A model generated the notes under the pieces. It saw only the letters and a program-made list of their open reading frames with translations. It was not told where the DNA came from and did no database searches. This document shows, piece after piece, positions 29,814-38,776 of a stretch of DNA of 64,000 bases; the first letter of the stretch is position 1; each line of letters opens with the position of its first letter. Both the position numbers and the translations under genes were made by a program. The stretch is from Kiritimatiellia bacterium (GTDB lineage Bacteria > Verrucomicrobiota > Kiritimatiellia > RFP12 > UBA1067): contig JBMNFY010000017.1 in the NCBI GenBank assembly GCA_050949565.1, positions 576,001-640,000 of the forward strand, read 5' to 3'.

Positions 29814-31682
29814 TTATGGTTTTATCCGTTCGCCGGTGTCGGGATTATAGCGGACGGTCTCGACTGAGCATTGGCCGTCCACCGTTGTCCGGATGGTCAG
29901 AACACCCTCGAGGGAGTCATCGTCTGCCGACACGCGCGCGAGTTCACGCCAGGGGCGCGTGCCGTCCTCGCGGAACGAAACGCAGACCGATGAGACAGGC
30001 TCGGAAGAACCGAGCAGGTACTCGCCGGGCACGCCGGGGCGGCGGAACACGAGACCGGTGCCGTCCCGGAGCATTTCAAGCGTGAAGAGCGTCTTTCCGG
30101 AGGGGGCGTTGTAGTGCGTCGTCTCGCCCAGTTGCTGCGGGAAGTAGCCGGTCCGTGGATACCCGGGCACGTTCCCGCAGACGAGGAAGGCGTTCTCCGT
30201 GATGCGTCCTTTCCCGTCGAGACGGTAATGCCCCACGTTGTTTTCCTTCCAGGCGTTCCACATCAGCATCACATGGAAGTGCGGCGGCGCGTCCACATGG
30301 CCGTTCGGGAAGTTGGACTCAAACCCGAAAAGCTGCACAAACGCGCCTTCGGTCGCGTTCGTCTCAGCGAGTCCGGCGCGCCGGAACAATTCGCGCGCGG
30401 CGAACAGCCAGTTGTTTTGCGCACGGACCTCCGCAGCGGGATAGGGCCTGTCGCGGTACAGACCGTGCTGAACCCCCTCCACATTGTGGAAGACGCAGAT
30501 GCGGATCGCACCCTCACTCCACCCCGTGGTGAAACCGGTGGGCGGCTTCGTCGCTGTGGGCGTGAAAAGGACACGGTCGCCGTCGCGCACCATATTCTTC
30601 GCCCCATACACGGTTTTCACCGCGACACCCGGCCAGACGAGTTCCACGCGCGGTGCGGCGAGGCCGCGCCCGGGGGCCTCGATCGTGAAATAATACTCGC
30701 GCACGTTGAGCCCCGTTTTCGCCTCATCCCCTTCCACCACCCTCCATGGTGCGGGCACCTTGATCTCGGGTGCGGGAGTCGTGCCGTGCGCGGCCTTCGT
30801 CACCTTCGAGGCATAGCGCGTGACGAACGGCGTCACGGCCGTGGCGATCTGCGCCTCACCATTCTTAAAATAATTATCGAAGAATGCCGTGATGATCGGC
30901 TTCACCATGGCGTTGAACTCGCCCGAGTGGCCGCTGGTCTTCTCCTCGGCCGTGCGGATCTCGATGTAGGTGTGCGCCACCTTGTTCGACGTAAGGATGT
31001 TGTGCAACTCGCGGTTCGCGGACAGGAAGAAGTCTGATGTGCCCACGGCCATGATCAGGTTCACATCGCCGTTCTTCAGTTTCATGGCCTCTGTAACCAC
31101 AGAGTGCTCCCGCCAGCGTTCGGGGAATTCATCACGCGGGCCAAGGCGTTTGGCGATGTCCCAGCTATTCGGAAAATTCCACAGGTTCATGCCTCCGTAG
31201 ATACTGCCGATCGCGCCGAAGAGTTCCTTATGTCTGAATCCGAGCCAGCAGGCGCCGTGGCCGCCCATGGATCCGCCCATGATCGCGCGATGCGCCCGGT
31301 CGCGGATGACACGGTAGTGCGCATCGATCCATGGCACGAGTTCCTTTGTTACATGGGTTTCGTAACGATACGACGGGTCGATAGGCGAATCGAACCACCA
31401 GCTCGTCTTTCCGCCGTCGGCGCAGACGAACAGGAATTCGTGGCGGTCGGCCAGAAACTTCAGTTCTTCCGTCGCGTACGTGCGGTAGTTGCCGCCTGCG
31501 CCATGCACCACGTAGACCGTACTGAACGCCATGCCCGGATCGGCGGCGTACTTGTCCGGCAAGACCACACAGGCCGGGATGTCCTTGCCCATCGACGGGC
31601 TCGGAACCCGGATCTCCTCAATCACCGCGCCTTGCGTAGCCGCCGCGAACGCGACCACGGAAAAAATCAAAAGTCTCCTCAT
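29814..31682 (-). CDS. secreted esterase (tributyrin esterase/CE1-like) with an extra unrecognised C-terminal domain
   Basis: Signal peptide, PSPSM, HGAGG, SWWFDSP, GGSMGG; second half not recognised. Confidence 0.8.
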   Translation of the reverse strand: MRRLLIFSVVAFAAATQGAVIEEIRVPSPSMGKDIPACVVLPDKYAADPGMAFSTVYVVHGAGGNYRTYATEELKFLADRHEFLFVCADGGKTSWWFDSPIDPSYRYETHVTKELVPWIDAHYRVIRDRAHRAIMGGSMGGHGACWLGFRHKELFGAIGSIYGGMNLWNFPNSWDIAKRLGPRDEFPERWREHSVVTEAMKLKNGDVNLIMAVGTSDFFLSANRELHNILTSNKVAHTYIEIRTAEEKTSGHSGEFNAMVKPIITAFFDNYFKNGEAQIATAVTPFVTRYASKVTKAAHGTTPAPEIKVPAPWRVVEGDEAKTGLNVREYYFTIEAPGRGLAAPRVELVWPGVAVKTVYGAKNMVRDGDRVLFTPTATKPPTGFTTGWSEGAIRICVFHNVEGVQHGLYRDRPYPAAEVRAQNNWLFAARELFRRAGLAETNATEGAFVQLFGFESNFPNGHVDAPPHFHVMLMWNAWKENNVGHYRLDGKGRITENAFLVCGNVPGYPRTGYFPQQLGETTHYNAPSGKTLFTLEMLRDGTGLVFRRPGVPGEYLLGSSEPVSSVCVSFREDGTRPWRELARVSADDDSLEGVLTIRTTVDGQCSVETVRYNPDTGERIKP

Positions 31683-31830
31683 TTCGTCTCTCCTTTGCCG
31701 AGCCACTCGGCGGCCTCTTTCTGAATGTCGCGCCAATCCATCACGCCTTCACGAAAGATTTCGCGCGCGATCAGGATGTCCGCAAACGTTTTGCCTTCCG
31801 GGACAGTCGGTCGCGATGCGTTGAGCCCTC
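31679..31830 (-). pseudogene. C-terminal remnant of a gene formerly upstream of the esterase
   Basis: ...FADILIAREIFREGVMDWRDIQKEAAEWLGKGETK-stop with ATGA overlap; 5' part is unrelated sequence. Confidence 0.45.
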
Positions 31831-31942
31831 CTGCCGCGGGGTCGAGTGCCACGCCGCCATCCTTCCGTTGCCACCTCGGTTGCCTTGCCACGGCAACACA
31901 TTACCACACCGCGAAAACGCCTCGCAACCCTTGATTGGCTCA

Positions 31943-32483
31943 TGTCAAATTACGCCCCCGTTTTTCTCCCTTCTCTCACGATCTTCTTTAGAGGTGTTTT
32001 GTCCCTCTACCCCCTGTTTTATTTCTTTCAAAACCCTTTCTTCTGCAGACCTGCACCCTTTAAATGTAAGAAAGAGCTTTATAGTCTTGTCTACAGTAAG
32101 CCTGCATGAGTCAGCACTTTTCTTGACCAGTTGAAAACGCCAACTCTCTCCCCTAATTTGATAATAATATGCTGTTAATACTAAAAGCTCGTCGATTTTA
32201 TATTGCTCTGTTTGAACCCAGTACCGCTCACTCTCATCCAAGATGTTTGGTCCTGTCAATTCCACAGCATGCCCCGTTATTTCGGTGATGTTGGTCCCAA
32301 ACTGTGAAGAGAGATAATAGACCACATCGTTAAATGAATGATCCAAGTTGATCGAACTACCATGTTGATCACTGGTACAGGACACGACACACGTCAAAAA
32401 CGGAAGTATAACAGAAACCGAAAACAGAATGCGCTTGATCATGGGCAACAACACTCCTAGGTTATCGGGGTCGTAGTTTGACA
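31943..32483. mobile_element. AT-rich cassette bounded by 18-bp inverted repeats
   Basis: TGTCAAATTACGCCCCCG (31943-31960) and CGGGGTCGTAGTTTGACA (32466-32483), 16/18 match; composition changes at the boundaries. Confidence 0.6.
31945..32442 (-). CDS. AT-rich hypothetical lipoprotein
   Basis: SD AGGAG; MIKRILFSVSVILPFLTCVVSC lipobox; stop lies inside the inverted repeat. Confidence 0.7.
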   Translation of the reverse strand: MIKRILFSVSVILPFLTCVVSCTSDQHGSSINLDHSFNDVVYYLSSQFGTNITEITGHAVELTGPNILDESERYWVQTEQYKIDELLVLTAYYYQIRGESWRFQLVKKSADSCRLTVDKTIKLFLTFKGCRSAEERVLKEIKQGVEGQNTSKEDRERREKNGGVI

Positions 32484-32598
32484 CTGAGACATTTCATTTT
32501 TCCAGCAACCTCAACACGTGCGCAGCCGACCGATACAATGACTTGTCAGCTTCCAGCCGAGCCGCCATCCCCAAGCGTAGTGGTGCTTCATCGGTGGT

Positions 32599-33720
32599 TT
32601 ACACCCCCAATCGGTCATCATTTGCTTCTCCAGACGCTCCGCCCGATCCACCCGTAGGCCGGTCGTTCTGTTGTTCTTCTGATGTCTTCTTCTTCCAGGC
32701 ATCAACCATATCGGCAAGAACCGGGTCGAGACTCTGGCGAATCTGTGGCCAGTTTTCTTCGTTCACCTGAATTTCGATTTGACCGTATTTGTTCTTCTTC
32801 GACGCCTTGGGAAATTGTTGGCGTATCGGTTCGATCCGGTTGCCAAGAGCCTTCACCGCCCGTTCCTGAAATACCAGATTCACAACACCTTTCTTGCCAT
32901 AGGCAAGGGACACGTTCAGGTAAACGCGCAGGGTTGGGCGTCCTTGCTCCGTGTGTTCGTTGAGGCTGAATGCGTATGTGGTCTTGCCCGGCCAGCGGTA
33001 TGCCGGGATCTTCTTCTCAACGTGATCTGCAATTTCTTCCAACAAAGACGCAACGTCTAGCTTCTCTGCATTTGCCCGAAGTACTTGGAGATTGTTTTCC
33101 TTGTTCTGCGAGGGTTGAGGTTGCGTACTTGCCGGAGCGGCTGACTCCACTAGCCGGGCGAAAAACAAGGTGCCGTCGCGTTTGAACGCATTGAAGGTCA
33201 ACAGGGCTATGTTGAGGCCTGTATTCGCAAGGAAGTTCACTATTCGCAAGGCTCGTCGATCGACTCCGAGGCCTACGAGCACCATGCGAGGCGGGGTTTC
33301 GAAGACCGAGTCGCGATTAGGGAAGTTCTGAGAGTACCAGTCTGCAAAATCCTCGATCGGGTCTATGCCGTATTTTCCCGAAGACTCTTCGACGAGCTTC
33401 GCAAATCGATCCTGTTCCATGGCAACGAGATCTGATGCGTAGTCAAGGATTTGAGCGACAGCGTCTCTTGTCAACGTTCCGCGTTTGAGTTCAAAGACGA
33501 CAAGACCGCCGTCTTCATCCACACCCAAAAGATCTAGAGGTCCACCTTCAGTCGGTATCTGCCGACCGATCAGCGAGAGCTCATCCATAAGCAGTTCGGG
33601 AGATTCAACGAGGAGATCCTCAAGTATCTGTTCCGTGTCCGTGTTGTCCACGTCGGGCACGTATTCAGCCTTCATTTTGCCATCAGTGTTCTTCACGGAC
33701 CACAGCTTGACCTTCTTCAT
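32599..33720 (-). CDS. NucS/DUF91-like PD-(D/E)XK endonuclease domain protein
   Basis: EQILEDLL, GRQIPT..GPLDLLGVD..G.LVVFELKRG, AVAQILDYA; SD AAGGAG; lower GC than flanks. Confidence 0.85.
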   Translation of the reverse strand: MKKVKLWSVKNTDGKMKAEYVPDVDNTDTEQILEDLLVESPELLMDELSLIGRQIPTEGGPLDLLGVDEDGGLVVFELKRGTLTRDAVAQILDYASDLVAMEQDRFAKLVEESSGKYGIDPIEDFADWYSQNFPNRDSVFETPPRMVLVGLGVDRRALRIVNFLANTGLNIALLTFNAFKRDGTLFFARLVESAAPASTQPQPSQNKENNLQVLRANAEKLDVASLLEEIADHVEKKIPAYRWPGKTTYAFSLNEHTEQGRPTLRVYLNVSLAYGKKGVVNLVFQERAVKALGNRIEPIRQQFPKASKKNKYGQIEIQVNEENWPQIRQSLDPVLADMVDAWKKKTSEEQQNDRPTGGSGGASGEANDDRLGV

Positions 33721-33918
33721 ATCGGTCTCCTTTTAATCTCGGCTAACAAGTCATTGAGCGACAACGTTTTCAACAGTCGCATTCACGTCATCATTGTATC
33801 ATTTCTAATCCCGCTAGCAATCGGCCGTTTCCGCGTAATCGGTCTTTGTAATCGGTTAGTCCGCCGCCCGCGCTTCGCACGGGAATGTAAATGAGGATAA
33901 CTTTGATCGGTGTAAGTG

Positions 33919-34028
33919 ATAGGCAAGGAGTTTTCACCTTCAGAGTTCAGAGTTTGACGTTCAGCGTTCTGAGTTAAAAAACGTTCAACGCTCAACGTTC
34001 AACTTTTAACGCTCAAGTTATAGGCAAG
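33919..34028. repeat. heptamer element (TTCAGMG)n-TTAAAAAA-(AACGCTC)n bounded by ATAGGCAAG direct repeats
   Basis: Partial copy at 36397-36463; inverted copy at 56181-56280. Confidence 0.85.
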
Positions 34029-35391
34029 TGACAGGGGGCATTGCGAATCGAGTGCGTGTTTTGTGTGTGCGCAGTCGGGAGCAAGAAGTTTGTTGGCCCT
34101 CCTTCTCTGTCGTGCCCGGCGTCTTCGATGATACCGGCAGGGTCATGACCTGAACATGTTTTCCAGAAAACAGGTACAGTCGGTTTCCTTCCCGCCAAGG
34201 ACTTATTGGCCCATCGGATCCGGGGCCCCATTGGGCATACCCCCTGGAATCGCGCTGAACGTCACGAAAGGTTGTCGTGTACCCGTACGTGATCCTCGGC
34301 ACATCTGAGCCCGCCGGGCTCTCGCCCCAAACCAGAAGGTACTTGTCTGCGCCGGCTGTCCCCTTTCCCAAATACCCCAGAAAATAGGGACGATAATTGC
34401 CCTTCAATCCGCCGCCCCCATCGTTCTGGTGGATGATAGGATTCTCCCGAAAACAGTCCCATTTCCTACCGTCATTCGATGTGGCAAACCCCAGTTGCAC
34501 GATCTGATCAACCGAGGTGCCGCGCAGGAATGCAAGCCACTGGCCGTTCGCCAACCGCTGAATCGCATGGTAGGAGGACTGGCTGTTCATCCACTTCTTC
34601 TCCGTGGTGGGCAGCACAGGCACGATATCCCAGACGCTCACTTTGCCCATCTTCGGATCTTTCAGCACTGTCCACTTATGCGAGGCCAAGTCAGAACAGG
34701 TGGCCAGAGCGGTCATCTGGTGCCCGAATCCCGCACCGCCTCCTGCTGTCCACGCGCCGTGGTAGTGATTGTAGTAGTGGAAGTACATAAACCATAACTT
34801 CTCGTCCTCGTTCCAAATGACGCACGGACTGGAGTAGTGGGAGGGATCCGCGACCGGCGGGTTCACGATCGGATAGTGAGGATTCGCCAGAACCATGCTG
34901 TGCGAACGGTTTGTTTCAAGGCTCGCCAGTTTTCTGTATGGTCCCTGGATGCTGTCGGCGACTGCGCAGCCGATGCCCGAACAGGGACCGTGATGCGCAT
35001 AGTATAAGTAATACTTGTTGTCGGCGTTCCTGCCTCTATCGTTCTTCACGACAGAGGGGTAGCCCACGGAATCATTGCCTGTCGTTTCAAAGGTGCTGTG
35101 TTCCCATGCCTCAGTTTGCCACAGAATCTGAGAACTGGCATCAACGGTCAGCGGCACGGAAGAAGTCAGGTCGGACAAGTCCACGCAACGCAGGTTACAG
35201 TCCAGCAAACCACGGGCTTCACCACCTTTCAGGTTGATGACGCACGGAACCATCAAGCACGCGAGCAACACAATGCGGATAAGCGCTTTCGTAGTCGATA
35301 AGGCATGCGGGCGGAGTCGTGGGGTGCTCAGGAAAATGACGCATGCAATTACGGCCATCACGAAAAAAGGAAATGCGTAGATGATCTGCAC
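34018..35391 (-). CDS. putative five-bladed beta-propeller glycoside hydrolase-like protein
   Basis: YPSVV, YYLYYAHH, IGCAVADSIQGPY, SSPCVIW, WFMYFH, LGFATSNDG..W, ENPII blade motifs. Confidence 0.65.
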   Translation of the reverse strand: MQIIYAFPFFVMAVIACVIFLSTPRLRPHALSTTKALIRIVLLACLMVPCVINLKGGEARGLLDCNLRCVDLSDLTSSVPLTVDASSQILWQTEAWEHSTFETTGNDSVGYPSVVKNDRGRNADNKYYLYYAHHGPCSGIGCAVADSIQGPYRKLASLETNRSHSMVLANPHYPIVNPPVADPSHYSSPCVIWNEDEKLWFMYFHYYNHYHGAWTAGGGAGFGHQMTALATCSDLASHKWTVLKDPKMGKVSVWDIVPVLPTTEKKWMNSQSSYHAIQRLANGQWLAFLRGTSVDQIVQLGFATSNDGRKWDCFRENPIIHQNDGGGGLKGNYRPYFLGYLGKGTAGADKYLLVWGESPAGSDVPRITYGYTTTFRDVQRDSRGYAQWGPGSDGPISPWREGNRLYLFSGKHVQVMTLPVSSKTPGTTEKEGQQTSCSRLRTHKTRTRFAMPPVTCL

Positions 35392-35401
35392 TGTCTAATG
35401 C

Positions 35402-36217
35402 TCACGGAGACAGGTTAAGGCTGCCCATTCGGTAACCCTGTAAATCCAGCGCCACGTACTGAAATCCTGCGGCTTTGATCGCGTCAACAATCTGGTGCCG
35501 TTCTTCAGCCGCCACCAGACGCGGCAGGTCGGCATCAGGCACCTCGATACGCGCGACGTCGCCGTGGTGGCGTACCCGGCACTGCGCGAAGCCTCGCGCC
35601 TTCAGCGCCTCTTCCGCCCGCTCTACCTGTCCCAACGCCTCGACCGTCACCGGCGAGCCGTAGGGGATGCGCGACGCCAAACACGCCATGGCGGGCTTGT
35701 CGGCAGTCGGCAGTCCCAAACGCGCGGAGAGCGCGCGGATCTCGGCCTTGGTCAGTCCGGCTTCAAGCAACGGGCTCTTCACGCCCAGCTCTTCCGCCGC
35801 ACGCCGACCGGGCCGGTAGTCGCCCGCGTCATCTGCATTGTTCCCGTCGAGCACAACATCGAAACCGCGTTCAGCCGCGATCGCACCAATCTGCGTGAAC
35901 AGATGCCGCTTGCAATGATAGCAACGGTCGCGCGAGTTTTCTGCATAGCGCGGATCGTCCAGTTCGGTTGAATGAACCACCGCGCACGTCACACCCATCA
36001 CGTCGGCCAGTGCATGCGCTTCGGCAAGTTCCACGCGCGGCAGGCTGGGGGTATCGGCGATCACCGCCAACACCTGCGCAGCCCCCAACACATCCCGCGC
36101 GACACGCAGCAACAGGGTGCTGTCGACCCCGCCGGAAAAACCGACCGCCACCCGCCCGTAGTGTTGCAGCGCCTCGTGCAGCCGCCGCTCTTTGTCTGCC
36201 AATGCCGCTTTTTTCAT
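35402..36217 (-). CDS. larE: ATP-dependent sulfur transferase LarE
   Basis: PP-loop SGGVDS, RCYHCK, DYRPG, ACLASRIPYG, RVRHHG. Confidence 0.92.
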   Translation of the reverse strand: MKKAALADKERRLHEALQHYGRVAVGFSGGVDSTLLLRVARDVLGAAQVLAVIADTPSLPRVELAEAHALADVMGVTCAVVHSTELDDPRYAENSRDRCYHCKRHLFTQIGAIAAERGFDVVLDGNNADDAGDYRPGRRAAEELGVKSPLLEAGLTKAEIRALSARLGLPTADKPAMACLASRIPYGSPVTVEALGQVERAEEALKARGFAQCRVRHHGDVARIEVPDADLPRLVAAEERHQIVDAIKAAGFQYVALDLQGYRMGSLNLSP

Positions 36218-36229
36218 CTCCGATATTGA

Positions 36230-36578
36230 AACCATGAAACACATGAAACTTCATGAAAATCAGGGGCTCCCTTGGAGGTCTTGGCGTCTAAACACCTGTC
36301 CCTTTGTCATCCCAAGAGCCGGATGCCCAAGCTACAGGAGCACGGACATTCCTGTCCGTGCCACGGGTTGGAAAGCCCGTGCCCCTGTTTTAATTCCAAG
36401 TTATAGGCAAGGAGTTTTCACCTTCAGCGTTCAGCGTTCGACGTTCAGCGTTCTGAGTTAAAACCCTACCCTGCCCCTCCAAAAAAACCTCTGTGCTCTC
36501 TGTGTTCTCTGTGGTTAAAAACCGAGCCATGCCCCCAAAAATCTGTGTAATCTGTGGATTCAAAAATCCGAGACCTGC
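36230..36578. repeat. composite intergenic repeat locus between larE and panC
   Basis: 36230-36260 identical to 7926-7956; 36286-36308 identical to 29311-29333; REP-like pair at 36337-36384; heptamer element; linker array at 36465-36578. Confidence 0.85.
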
Positions 36579-37424
36579 TCACAAAATCTGGTTGTCAATC
36601 AGCCGCGTCCGGCCGCACTGCGCGGCGACCAGCGCCACGTTCCCGCGCCGCGCTTCGGCGACCGGCTCCAAGCTTTCAGCGTCCACGATCTCGGCGTAGT
36701 CAAGTTGCAGCGCATGCGCCTCGATCACCTCCACCATGCGCGCACGCACGTCCGCCGCCGGAGCGCCGCCCTGCTCGACACACGCGGCGGCGGCCTGCAG
36801 GGCGCGGCTCAAGCCCAGCGCGCGCTGCCGTTCGTCGGCAGAGAGATAGACATTGCGCGAACTCATGGCCAGCCCGTCGGGCTCGCGCACGATCGGCGCC
36901 ACCACGATCTCGATGGGGAAGTTGAGATCGCGCACCATACGCCGGATGATCGCGGCCTGCTGATAGTCTTTCTGGCCGAACACCGCCACATGCGGCTGCG
37001 CCAGATTGAAGAGCTTGGCCACCACCGTGCAAACACCCCGGAAGTGTCCGGGACGCCGCGCCCCGCACAGCCCGGCGGAGAGCCGCTCCTCCGTAACGAA
37101 CACGCTGGCATCCGGCGCGTACATGGTTGCCACGGACGGGAAAAAGACCGCCGACGCCCCTGCCCGCTCGCATTGCTCGAGATCGCGCGCCTCGTCGCGC
37201 GGGTATTTTTCAAAGTCCTCGTTGGGGCCGAACTGAACCGGATTGACGAAGATACTGACCACGACAACATCGGCACGCTTGCGCGCCTCGGCGACCAGCG
37301 AGAGGTGTCCCGCATGCAGATACCCCATCGTCGGCACCAACCCGATACGCGCACCGTCAAGACGCCGGGCCAACGCCCACGCCTGCATCTCATCCGCCTG
37401 CTTGATCTGCACCATACTGCTCAT
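36579..37424 (-). CDS. panC: pantoate--beta-alanine ligase
   Basis: VPTMGYLHAGH, SIFVNP.QF, RPGHF.GV, FGQKDYQQ, GLAMSSRN, RLIDN. Confidence 0.97.
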   Translation of the reverse strand: MSSMVQIKQADEMQAWALARRLDGARIGLVPTMGYLHAGHLSLVAEARKRADVVVVSIFVNPVQFGPNEDFEKYPRDEARDLEQCERAGASAVFFPSVATMYAPDASVFVTEERLSAGLCGARRPGHFRGVCTVVAKLFNLAQPHVAVFGQKDYQQAAIIRRMVRDLNFPIEIVVAPIVREPDGLAMSSRNVYLSADERQRALGLSRALQAAAACVEQGGAPAADVRARMVEVIEAHALQLDYAEIVDAESLEPVAEARRGNVALVAAQCGRTRLIDNQIL

Positions 37425-37441
37425 GGCGACTTCTTTCTCTT

Positions 37442-38722
37442 TCAGGACTCCCAGGCGGCGATGACCGCCTGCGCCAGTCCATCGATCTCCGCTTCGCCGT
37501 GCGCGGCGGAGATGAAGCCCATCTCAAATTGCGACGGCGGCAGGTAGAAGCCGCTCTTCAGCACCGAGTGGAAGAGACGCGCGTAGGCTGCCGTGTCACT
37601 CTGCTTCGCCGTGGCCAGATCGCGCACCGGCGTCGGCGTGCAGAAAAAGGTGAAGACGCCCTTATACTGCGCACAGTGGAACGGCAGACCGCGCTCGACC
37701 GCCGCCGTGTTGACCGTATCCGCCAAACGCTGTCCCAACTCGGCCATGCGCGGATAGGGATTGTCACGTTCCAGCACGTCCAGAGTCTTCAGACCGGCCG
37801 CGACAGCCAGCGGATTGCCCGACAACGTGCCGGCCTGATAGACCTTGCCGGTCGGCGACAGCTCGTCCATGAATACCGCAGCCCCGCCGAGCGCCGCCAA
37901 CGGCAGACCGCCGCCGATCACTTTGCCCAGTGTCATCAAGTCCGCTTTCACGCCGATCGTCGCTGCGTACGACGACAAGGCAAAGCGGAAGCCAGTGATG
38001 ACCTCGTCGAAAATCAGCAGCGCGCCGGATTGATCCGCAGTGTGACGCAGTCTGACAAGAAAATCGGGATCGGGCATGACAAGGCCCATGTTGCCGGCAA
38101 TCGGCTCCACGATAATCGCCGCCACTTCGGAGCCCATCGTTTGGATCAGCGTTTTCACCGCATCGATGTCGTTGTACGGCACGACAAAAGTGTCATGGAC
38201 CACGTATCGCGGAACGCCCGCCGAGCTGACGGTACCGCCGGTCAACAAGCCGCTGCCCGCCGAAACCAGCATGCTGTCGCTGTGGCCATGATAGCAGCCG
38301 TCGAACTTGATGATGCGCTTGCGTCCGGTCACCCCGCGTACGATGCGCAACGCGGTCATCACCGCTTCGGTGCCCGAGTTGACCAACCGTACCCGCTCCA
38401 GGCTGGGCAGCCATTCGCACAAGCGTTCAGCGAAGGTCACCTCATCCGGCGTGTTGATGCCGAAGGTCGTGCCGAGGGCCGCACGCGACTGAATCGCCGC
38501 GACCACTTCGTCATGCGCATGGCCGAGGATCATCGCCCCCCACGAACAGCAGAAATCCACCAGCTTGCGGCCGTCCGCCGTATGGATGTACGGGCCTTTG
38601 CCGGACTCGACATACAGCGGCGTACCGCCAACACCGTTGAAGGCACGTACCGGACTGTTGACTCCGCCCGGAATCACCTGACACGCGCGCGAAAATAAAG
38701 CTTCATGATTGAGCATGGACAC
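37442..38722 (-). CDS. hemL: glutamate-1-semialdehyde 2,1-aminomutase
   Basis: PGGVNSPVRAF, NSGTEA, FDGCYHGH, FDEVITGFR, GKVIGGGLP. Confidence 0.96.
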   Translation of the reverse strand: MSMLNHEALFSRACQVIPGGVNSPVRAFNGVGGTPLYVESGKGPYIHTADGRKLVDFCCSWGAMILGHAHDEVVAAIQSRAALGTTFGINTPDEVTFAERLCEWLPSLERVRLVNSGTEAVMTALRIVRGVTGRKRIIKFDGCYHGHSDSMLVSAGSGLLTGGTVSSAGVPRYVVHDTFVVPYNDIDAVKTLIQTMGSEVAAIIVEPIAGNMGLVMPDPDFLVRLRHTADQSGALLIFDEVITGFRFALSSYAATIGVKADLMTLGKVIGGGLPLAALGGAAVFMDELSPTGKVYQAGTLSGNPLAVAAGLKTLDVLERDNPYPRMAELGQRLADTVNTAAVERGLPFHCAQYKGVFTFFCTPTPVRDLATAKQSDTAAYARLFHSVLKSGFYLPPSQFEMGFISAAHGEAEIDGLAQAVIAAWES

Positions 38723-38776
38723 ACCGCCTTATTTATACATTGCCCCCACTGCACCAGCATGAAAAGGGCATCCACA

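Noticed and set aside
29086-30085. short ORFs across repeat loci (also 7861-8192, 14306-14751, 56967-57401, 57691-58257)
   Set aside because: They are translations of non-coding repeat modules; similar peptides recur only because the DNA repeats do.
14611-35391. prophage, ICE, retron or diversity-generating retroelement in the accessory region
   Set aside because: No integrase, phage structural, conjugation or reverse transcriptase genes, and no template/variable repeat pair with adenine-specific mismatches was seen.
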